Source: Oikopleura dioica
Taxonomy: Eukaryota > Animalia > Chordata
DNA length: 64,000 nt
Direction of reading: 5' to 3'
NCBI GenBank assembly: GCA_907165135.1
Contig: OU015569.1
Span: 1,798,001-1,862,000, forward strand
This document shows, in pieces, positions 48,460-57,953 of this stretch. The translations under genes and the position numbers were made by a program. The notes under the pieces were generated by a model. That model was given only the letters and a program-made list of their open reading frames with translations. It was not told the DNA's origin and did no database searches. Numbering within the stretch: position 1 is the stretch's first letter; the number at the start of each line of letters is the position of its first letter.

Positions 48460-49797
48460 TCATTTTTGAAGCTCGTAAAAGTCACAGTCGTTGAGATACA
48501 GTACTTCGTTGCCAAGAACCGTCCAGTTAGGGACGAGTCTTCTCGCGAATATCTCAAGAAAGCGCCCTTTTGGCGCCAGTTTCTCCAAAAACGCGTGAAT
48601 CGCTGGCTTCTGGCTGTGGACACGGCTTGGAATGGTGGCAAACGTAGTGTTACATAACTCGGGCACAAGGGATTCTCTTCGGGAAAAGAAAAGAAGTTTC
48701 TCCGAGGGCAGTTTATGAGCATTTCCAAAAGGCACGACGGGTTCTCCATTTGCCGCGATTTTCAACCATCTCCACGTGGCACAGTGGGAAAAGCCCCGTT
48801 TCTCCATGAATTCGTCGATGTATTCTAGCACTCTTTGTTCGAGGATTATTTTCTCTAGATTATTTTCCAAAAGACCATAAGAGCCCGTTTTCGCCACCGC
48901 GTTTGTAGCTAAAATTTCCCCAACAAATTAGGCGCAAATTTCTTTGCACTGCCAAACACATGTTTTATTAACAGAATGGAATAACTAGTGTCAACATGAC
49001 AAAATTTTTGGAGGGGGCTACGACCCCTTGTTAACTCGAAAAGAATCCTTTCCTAGCGTTGTTGGTGATCCAAATCGCGACAAAGCCATCATTTGTCGTG
49101 ATTTTCTCAAGCCTCAGCGACTCCAGCAGGGTCATCGAATTCGTCGAGTACTTTTTCCTCTCGAAACGGACTTGTTCTTCCATGGCGGATCCAAATAGAC
49201 AACGTCGAACTTTTCATCGAAGACCACTTTTTCCACGTCGGCGAGGATGAACCGCGCATTTCCAGGAACTACAAACAAATATGTCTTGAGTTGGAGGTTT
49301 TTAACGAAGCAGTACCTAAGTAAGAAGCTCCTTCAATTTTGAGCTTGATGGTTTCAATTTTCGCGTTTGAGCAAAGTCTATTCGTGAAGAATTCCTTCGG
49401 CTGGCCAGAATGAAAATTCTCCAGCACAAGTTCTGACTGTAATTGATCAGAAGTTCCACTGTCCAAGTTGAGCAGTGGCTTTTTATCTGCTCGTCAGGGC
49501 TCGCTAGAATCGCTTCCGCCAGCTCGCCAAATTTACTCTCTTGTCGCAGCCTTTTCAGTTGATTTTCCAAAGCCTAAGTATCCAACTTAGAATTCTCTCA
49601 CTTCTTACTTCTTTTTCTACATTTTCGTCGTCGGAAAGTTCCAATTTCTTGCCACTTTTCATCGCGTTTTTAAAATACTGCTGCTTCACGAAAAGTGTTC
49701 GTTTGAAATTCCAGAATTCTTCATTTTCATCTTCTTCGGGAATCTTCAAATCTCCATCATCAAGAAAAAGAAGCTTCTCTTCTCCGTTAGAATTCAT
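48460..49797 (-). CDS. METTL4: MT-A70 family N6-adenine methyltransferase, METTL4-like, with apparent frameshift(s)
   Basis: FDVVYLDPPWKNKSV, IWITN, WRWLKI..GEPV, HSQKP, LEIFARRL.PNWTVLGNEVL. Confidence 0.85.
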
Positions 49798-49881
49798 TTT
49801 TTCTTTACAAATTTCAGGGCGCCCATCGATTTATGACTCATCGCGTCACTATCCGCCGTTTCGAATGAAAAGAAAAAGAAG

Positions 49882-49955
49882 CGTCCCTAGCTGGGATCGA
49901 ACCAGCAACCTCTCGATTAACAGTCGAACGCGCTAACCAATTGCGCCATAGAGAC
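49882..49955 (-). tRNA. tRNA-Asn(GTT)
   Basis: GTCTCTATGGCGCAATTGGTTAGCGCGTTCGACTGTTAATCGAGAGGTTGCTGGTTCGATCCCAGCTAGGGACG plus T-rich terminator. Confidence 0.96.
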
Positions 49956-49977
49956 AACTGAGGGAGGGTCTAAAAGC

Positions 49978-50205
49978 CTACACTATATAACACAGCTTAT
50001 GATTTTGCAAAAAGTTATCTTTATATTGATCAAATTTCGCGTCCCACTCGACCCATCGTAGCCCGGTCGGTAAATAAAAGGCTACACCTGTATCATAGAG
50101 CGTGAAGCCCCGAGTTCGAATCCCAGGCTTCTCGACTCTCTTGTGTTCAATGGGATTGGCTCGGAAGAAATCGGCGAATCTAAATAAGGAATCATACATC
50201 TTCAT
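49978..50205 (-). CDS. Hypothetical protein or terminal exon
   Basis: 75-codon ORF with coding-like composition inside AT-rich flanks; no family recognised. Confidence 0.3.
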   Translation of the reverse strand: MKMYDSLFRFADFFRANPIEHKRVEKPGIRTRGFTLYDTGVAFYLPTGLRWVEWDAKFDQYKDNFLQNHKLCYIV

Positions 50206-50562
50206 TGATGTTCATGGGGAATACAACATTCCTTTTCCTTTTGAATGATTGATGATGAGTGTATATTATACACTTTATAAGAACAAAAATGTGATATTTT
50301 TCAATTTGAACTCCGGATTTTGCTCGGCAGAAGTCATTTTCATCTATCGCCGCTTGTATCATTTAATATAGAATATATTCTTCTATACTAGAGAATCTAA
50401 TAGACTATTATTAATAGTAATGAGGACAATTTGAAATTGTCAATTTCACTGGATCACTTTGCTTTATTACGATTTCTTTACTAACAAATGTGTACATCGG
50501 TAATATTAAATCAGAAGCATGAAAAAATTAGTTGAAGTTCCTGACGGAAAAGTTGTGGAAAG

Positions 50563-51038
50563 TTACGATTTGCCGATCTTGTCGCTACGAAGAAGCATTT
50601 TCGCCGCGGCAATTCTAGAGGAGCATTCGTTCCCAAGGCGACATGGCTGCTCTCTTGATCTCCGCCTAAAAATATTGCGCTTTAGGAAATCTAAAAAGGG
50701 TGCATTTTCCGGGCAGTGTAGGTCCTAGATTCTAGGAGGCTTCATTCTCTTTTGAAGAAGAACTCAGCCTTGAAAATTAGAAACTAGGGTACCGTCTCTG
50801 GTTAGAGTTATGAGTGTCTTCAAGTTGTAATTTACCTGAGGAAACTGCATGCTGTCATCGAAGATTCTTCGCCAGAACTGATCTTCGAGATTGTCATTTT
50901 CCTGCTGGCCGATGTTGTCGCTATCCCGCGGAAGCGCTAAAACAAGGGTTTACTCTTTACTCTGTTCTCTCAGCAGCTCTCACAGTAGATGGAATTTGCG
51001 AAGACGAGGGGCGCCAAAGTCAGAGTGAAAAATTTCAT
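50563..51038 (-). CDS. Candidate secreted peptide/neuropeptide precursor (~105 aa)
   Basis: Exons 51038-50984, 50936-50836 and (tentatively) 50724-50563: signal-like MKFFTLTLAPLVFANS, acidic pro-region, KR/RRR sites, CRLGNEC ring, terminal GK; TATATAAA ~60 bp upstream. Confidence 0.55.
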
Positions 51039-51504
51039 TTTCTTTCTTTTTTGTTGGAAGTGGAAGTTCTGTCCTGGCGAAGATTCCGCGCTCCGCCTTT
51101 ATATAATTTTTCTACACCAGATGGCGAGCGATTTTGGCCAATATCCTGTAACTAGCTGGTTATTGCTTCAATTTTTAAATAAAGAGGCATTATTAGCACT
51201 TGTCGATAATACTCAGTCTCAATCAACAGCCCCCATCGATTGTCAGTAATTCACCTCGGCGAAATTTCTCTGATTCAATCATCCCCCACTGAAGTTGCAG
51301 AATGAGCAGTGTTCCAAAGTAGAAGTAAGCGAGTACTGTCATGTTTTTCCTCTTTTGTGGAGATTTTATGTTTCCAGTTTTCTGGAAAATTTCCAAAAAA
51401 GTATGCAATTTTGAGTTGTGCGCCGCAAATTTCTTGGAATAAAAAGTCAGAAAAGAGATTAAAATTGATATTCATAAAGGAGAATTTAACTAACTACTAA
51501 AATA

Positions 51505-51894
51505 GGTGGTGGTCTAAACTTTGAAGTTCTTACGTGCGATAAGAACTTCGTGTGGCCTAAACTTTGATCGTTCCCATGTGTGATTCTTTGAGAAAGTGGC
51601 CTAAACTTTGAATTTCCCCGGAGGCACTTCTGCCATCGGTGACTAGAGCACCGCCCGCTAAGGCCACTACGCTTTATGCAGACCAATAAGGTTTACGTTT
51701 TTCATTCAAGGTGATGACACACATAGAACTAGTTAGGGCGCCTCAGGGGAAATTCAAAGTTTAGACCACTTTCACACATAGGAAGAATCAAAGTTTAGGC
51801 CACTTTCTTAAAGAATCGCACATGGGAACGATCAAAGTTTAGGCCACACGAAGTTCTTATCGCACGTAAGAACTTCAAAGTTTAGACCACCACC
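51505..51894. mobile_element. TA-flanked MITE with ~115-bp TIRs
   Basis: ggtggtggtctaaactttgaagttcttacgtgcgataagaac... mirrored at 51894; repeated tggcctaaactttga motif. Confidence 0.88.
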
Positions 51895-52475
51895 TATTTT
51901 AAAAACTTTGGAAAAAACCCAACAACTGGTCCGGGAACTTAACGAATCATTCGCTCGTTCTGGTGGTCCTTCTTAATTTATTATTACTCAAGACTTAACA
52001 TACTCAAGCTTTAAAAACCATTTCTGCTAACCGAGCTTTAACTCATTCATGATTTTGTGTTCAAACGAAATAAATGATTGATTTTCAGCGGTCTTAATTC
52101 TGGATGCTTATCCCTGTCAAAAGACACCCGAAAAAATCGCAAATCCAATTGGAAGTAAAAATTACGAGTAGCTAGTAAACTAACCACAAAGAAAGATTTC
52201 TTTTTACGCTTGGCCAATATTTGGGTCGGATTGAATTGAATATTCGCCTCCATGGGTAATCATTTTCGAGATGTTTTATATTTTAATAACGATTACTTGA
52301 AGAAAGAGAGCGTTTTCACGCTCCAAGTATTTTGTGCTCATTGGCACCGTCTTAGAGAGCTCCTCTCATTCAATTGTGTTCTATCACTTCTCCAGTGCGA
52401 GACTTCTACTCTACTTTCTCTTTTGAACGCCACGAGCGCTGATAACACACCGATTAAGTTAAGCTGTAAGTTAAG

Positions 52476-53606
52476 ATGCTCATTTCATTGCTGCCTTTCC
52501 TGATTTACTCGATCCGCGCTGTTGTTTATCCAGGGCCAAGCGGTGGTGAACTCAGCACTACTACAGGTATCTTTTAGGAGAAATTATGACAAGTAAAGTT
52601 GATCAATACTGTAGAAGGGACTGAAGGAGAGCCACGTGAAGTAGTTGAATGGCACTGCGATTTCGATGACGGTTACGGCGAGATTCAAGGGCAAGTGATC
52701 ATCAGGGAGGTTGAAAGGGAGCATGAACAACACACCATCACGACAAAAGAAGGTAACAAATAAAAAGTGAAATCTTTAGTGCTTTAATCTAGCCCTAGTC
52801 GAGTTTGCCGGCGACCTTACTTCCACCAATGAAGTTGTCAAAACAGGAAAGGCTCTAAAACGCTGATGAACTTTGACTCGAGATAGTTTTCCCTCGGGAC
52901 CAGAATGAGGTTCGTTTTTACTGAAAAAGCGTTCTATTATTCAACGAATATAAGAAATGTATAAGGTAATAAACTCTCTAGTCTAACTGAACTGACGTTG
53001 AATCAGATAGTTCAGATATGAAAGTTTAATGTTTGAGCTCATCAAGGAAAATTCGGATTTCATGTTCACGAAAAGGCTATTGACGAAGACGGAGATTGTT
53101 CCACTGCTGGAGGTCACTTTTCTTTCGGAAATCAACCACATGGGCCCAAAAACGCAACGACAAATGACAGGTTAAGACTGAGAAAGAAAGAAAATAACCT
53201 CGTGATCATAATTTATTTAGACATTATGGCGATCTTGGGAACGTAGACTTTGTTGATGGCGTTACTTCTTTCAAGTTCACTGACGAGAACTTGAGCCTGA
53301 TGAAAGATGTAAGTTTCTACTCGTGGTTTTCCAGCGAGATATTGGATATTAGGGGTCATTTTGATGACGATTATTAGGATGGGAAGTTTTTCGGAAACAG
53401 ATCAATTGTCATTCACGATCGATTCGATGATGGAAACTCCGCAGGAGAGAATCTAGGAAACAGGTAAGCCCATTTTTTCATGATTCGTTTCTCGAAAAAA
53501 AATCCCAAGAGTTGGATGCTGCAACGTGAAGAAGAGCTCCGCGAAAAGTACACTTCTCAACTCGACCCTACTGTCGATCGTTGTTTACGCTTTTCTCCTT
53601 TTCTAG
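52476..53606 (+). CDS. Extracellular Cu/Zn superoxide dismutase with a GPI-signal-like tail
   Basis: Signal peptide; GFHVHE, CSTAGGHF, PHGP, RHYGDLGN, RSIVIH, NR|VGCC; hydrophobic C-terminus STLLSIVVYAFLLF*; one mid-gene junction unresolved. Confidence 0.85.
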
Positions 53607-54513
53607 CTCTGCCAGCAATAAAATCACAAATTAGGATCTTGAATATTTCCGGCTTGAGTGGTTTTAGCAGCTCAGTGGAAAATCCTGGCTCGTTGTTTCT
53701 TTGCCCTGGGGGTTGCATCATAGGCTGACTCGTTTTCAGAAAGAGTATTTTTTCTTTCGAAGCTAGAATTCGAATTTTTTTAATGGAGCCTACCAGCTGG
53801 CAGGTAGTGCTCGGCTCGGTTTTTGTCCTTGCATACATATTTTTGATTATACAGAGAGATCTAGTCATACGAAGAGTGCAGTACACAGGCTTGTTGGCAA
53901 TTGTTAGTTGTAGTTAAAAGGAGAAACACCATTGATGATTATTTTATGGTCCGATTGGAATTCAAGTTGTTTGATCCGTAATTGCGAAGCGGCTGCTTTC
54001 TTTGATCATTTAAAATTTTCAATCGAGGCCATAACATATAGCCGTAAACGATAAGAATTGTCAACTGACTCGAAAGTTCCCCGAGTTCCGTATGAACGAT
54101 GCGACGGTTCTAAGACCGTAGAATTCTTCAAATTCAGCAAGGATATTGCAGGTAACATAAACAACGGCGATGAGCGAAATGAGCTGCCATTTTAAAATTG
54201 GATCGGAATGAAAATGTAATACGCTGCGACAGCTTGTAATGAAATTTCTCGCCTGTTGCTCAAAACGTCAATAGCCACCGGTTTATTAGATCAGCGAGAG
54301 ATAATTTGAACGAGTCGATCTCTTCATTGCGGCCTTCTTAAAAAAATAATGAATTCAGGGTATACAATGTTGCATTGTCAGGTGGTATTTGTTACCTTGA
54401 GGGTTTTAATGTTGTAGAATTTTATTTCCAAGAAAAAATCAAAAATCAAGTAGGCCAAGGGGGTAGATATCAAGAATCGTATTTCCTGTCAGTGTTTTCT
54501 CAAATTTTTAACA

Positions 54514-54785
54514 TAGTGACACCCTTATTTTTTCGGCTCAAAATATATTTCAGGCAATTATCTCTTTCCTATGGAAGCCAAAAATTTTGATTTCCTGAGC
54601 TTTAGAGGTGCTAGAATGCAAATCGGGCACCTCCGATTGTCGCCAAAATGACCATTTTAGGAAAGTTAGCGATCTTTGGCGAAAAATTTTGGTAAAAATT
54701 TTTTTGAAATTCGAAATTTCGGCTTCCATAGGAAATAGAGAAAGGTTGAAAGTTTTGTTTCCAAAGTAAAATAAGGGTGTTACTG
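54514..54785. mobile_element. hAT-like MITE
   Basis: TIR tagtgacacccttatttt / aaaataagggtgttactg; flanks ttttaaca / ttttaact (7 of 8 match); related ends at ~5049-5062 and ~60977. Confidence 0.75.
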
Positions 54786-54928
54786 TTTTAACTTTGTGAG
54801 AAAAGTCTGACAGAAAATCCCGATTTTTGATATCAACCTCCTTATTCATATATCATGATTTTCTAGTTATTCTTTAAAATTATTTTGTAACAGCATTATC
54901 ATTATTAGTTTTTAATCTCTAATTTTAG

Positions 54929-56032
54929 AAAATCTGCCCGCTGAGTTCATCTCCAAAGTAAAAGAACGCTTCGCAGCACGTCTTGCCTTGTTGAAAAAAG
55001 AATGCTTCCACAAAAAGCAAGAGCCAATTTTTCCCACGTTCGCAGAGTTCAACAGAAAATTCCCAAAGTGGTACGAATTTCGCGGCGCCCGATTTACTGA
55101 CGCGATTTCGCGGGATCCGGCAGTATTCGGATGCGCCGCGCTCAAGTCAGGTAATAAAAAAGTTGCTTTTCGGAGCATTCTTTTGATAAAATTTGCTTGT
55201 TCACATTTTACATGTTTCACAAGCGAGTGGTGTTTTACGAACCGTGGTGATGAATTGGGCTGGCGAAGAGTTTCACTCGCAAACGTACTTAGATCACCTA
55301 AGGAATGGGACTCATCCAAAGAAATCTAAGGTTTTTTAAATACGAAAAAAAGCCCAGAATAGAACATTTACAAACGAAGATCTTTCTTCAATCCTCTCTT
55401 CCGAAAATGCTCTCCGAATTCTGTTCGTTCGGAATCCGATGAGTCGGTTTTGCACCGCTTGGGGTCAGAAATTCAAAGTCGGGGGCGAGTATCAACTGCA
55501 CCGGGAAGAGTGGCTCAAGAATTGGCCATATTTGGAGCGCTACGAAAAAGAGAATACTGCCAATGTGATCGGTTTTGACGACTTTGTGGATTTTTTCAAA
55601 ACTCGACTCCTGGCTCTTTCAACTCTCATTGGAATACCATCCAAGGTAAGTTGCTAGAGTCTGGAGAGTCGATTGTGCAGTTTAGACTCGTGCGACATTT
55701 GCCGATTCCCGTACCAGTATATCGTCAAAGAAGAAACTCTCGACGCTGATCTTTTAGTTATTGCAAAGGAGCACAACTTGACCTTGCCCAGAAGCTTCTT
55801 TGAAACTATGCATGGCAAATCTTCAAATAGCAATTCAAGAAGAAACTACGCTAGCTGGGAGGATGTTTATAGAGGAGTTGGGGACGATTCGAAATACGCC
55901 CTGCTGCTTTCTTCAATTGAGAGAGAAAAAATTGCCAAAATCGTGACCGATTATGCAGACGACTTCACATTACTTGGATATTCCTTCGATTTGGATTCAC
56001 TGAAGCTGGCTGGCCTTGACTCGCGAAAATGA
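54929..56032 (+). CDS. Carbohydrate sulfotransferase (Sulfotransfer_2, CHST-like)
   Basis: FGCAALKSG..SEW (5'-PSB-like), FDDFVDF, CDICRFPYQYIVKEETLDAD, YADDFTLLGY; 5' end not resolved. Confidence 0.7.
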
Positions 56033-56271
56033 GCCGCCGATTCCCAAGCTGGGAAAGAGACGGAACGACCTTGATACATTTTATGGGCTGCCAATTCTGT
56101 TAAATAAATCGCTGCATAACTGCCTCTATCCGCTCTAGTAATCTACTTTGATAAGGAATCTCAGCAGGTGCGCATTTTACGCCTGGGGGTACGGTAGCGC
56201 CATTCACGGATATAAATAGTTCTCTCTTGGAATTGGAACAGTCACAAAACTGAGAATTCAAAACTGAAAAA

Positions 56272-57777
56272 ATGAAGATTGCTTTTTTGCTATTTATCGC
56301 GAGAGAGGCCGTTTTAGCCGAAATTCAGCTCTTCAAAACCTCCTGTTCCGAGTGTGCTCCCGAGTACGACTGCCAAGATGTTGCAGTAGAGATGTACAGA
56401 AACTTGGCTCATCAACGAGCACAGCGTCACGTGCCGCAGTTACTCGATATGTTCTTTACTTCAGAACACCGATTCTTTTGCCTCAAAGGAAAGGTTCTCC
56501 AGTTTTAGAAAGAAATTTGTTTAGTTTAGACGTCTATTCTCGTTTTCCCAATTTAAGGGTACTCGAAACAGTTTTTTTATTAAAGTGAATTAACAGTAAA
56601 TGCGTTTAATTCTCTTGCGAACCGTTTTAAAGGCCACTCAGAGGTGAACTTTCGCTTTGAGCTTCCGATCCCGGATTTAAACATGGCAACAATTCCTACC
56701 TTACTGGCATTCGATGGGCGCCAGGAACTCGCCCTTTCTGTTCTCGCCATTCGAGATCGCTACGTCGAAGGCTACGACAGTCTTTCTCAACGACTTCCGA
56801 GCCAAGTGGAGAAATTCATCTCCCAACTTGGTAAGCAAGACGATAATTTGAAGGAACACTATCTGAGTTTTTATTATTAGAATTTTCGGACGAAAGCAAT
56901 CTCCTCCAATTTATGAGCGAATACCTCATGCTCGCCGAACTCGCGTATATTGAGCGCAATTTAGAGGTAAATTTAATCAAAAAATATAAAATATAATCTG
57001 CTCACGTCATAATGTGCACGGCAAATGATCTCGCGTGACGACACGTTTAGGATTATTAGGCGCGAGATTAGTCTTTCTAAATCTTATATCAGGTTATTTC
57101 CATTCTGCCATCCCTCCTCGTCGCAGCAACAGAAAGTGCTTCAGCAGAATCGATGACTGAATTGCTCGAAAACAGCAGCGGCAAAAACAAACGACTTTAC
57201 GAAATGCTCATGTACGTCGGTCTCCAAAGCAGCATGGAACCAGCCGGAGATGCGGAGCATACAACTGACTTTTCCAGATTTGCGGCAATCATGAACTTCA
57301 TTCGAGTGAGTCCTGGGATAATTGATTTGCCAATGACATGAAAATATTAATTATTATTATTTTCTCTTTTAGGATTCGAACACAAACTTAGAGCAGAAAA
57401 TTTCCACCTTAGAAGATCCAAACGCTCATCCCGAATACTACCAACAGACCGTTGAAAATGACTACAAGGTTCAGCAGCCTCATCAAGGATTCAGCCCAGG
57501 TACTTTAAATACTTTCAAGTTCTTTCAAAGACGTTATTGTTTAGCTCTTCTGTTCGTAATGTCGAAGGAAGACGAAGCTTTCTCAGTCGAGGAGTTTATT
57601 TTCATCCTTCAAAGTACTCCCTCACTCGCCCAAGATCCGATCATTCCCTACTTGTACATGAAAGACTCTGACAACCACGAAAAACTGCGCACATATTTGA
57701 TGGCTCGTTTGCTCAACCCAGAGCTTTTCCAGAACAACGGAAATAATATGTCCACGGCTTTGGCACTCCTTCAATAA
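56272..57777 (+). CDS. Orphan secreted protein, ~7 exons
   Basis: Signal peptide MKIAFLLFIAREAVLA, upstream ATATAAATA, chain of short GT-AG introns, AATAAA after the stop. Confidence 0.65.
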
Positions 57778-57953
57778 AATCCTGTTCTTATTCCTGTTCT
57801 CTCGCTACCTCAAACTTTCCTCCAATAAATTTTAGAAAAAAAAGAAAGAAAATCATTTTAAAATTAATTGATCTCATTTTAAAGAAGAGCGTTGGAATAA
57901 TAGTTTTTCTTTGTAAGTCATAAAATGAATTGAAGATGTGTTGATGTCAGGAT

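Noticed and set aside
53557-54190. Minus-strand ORF overlapping the SOD 3' end
   Set aside because: No family or coherent exon chain; left unresolved
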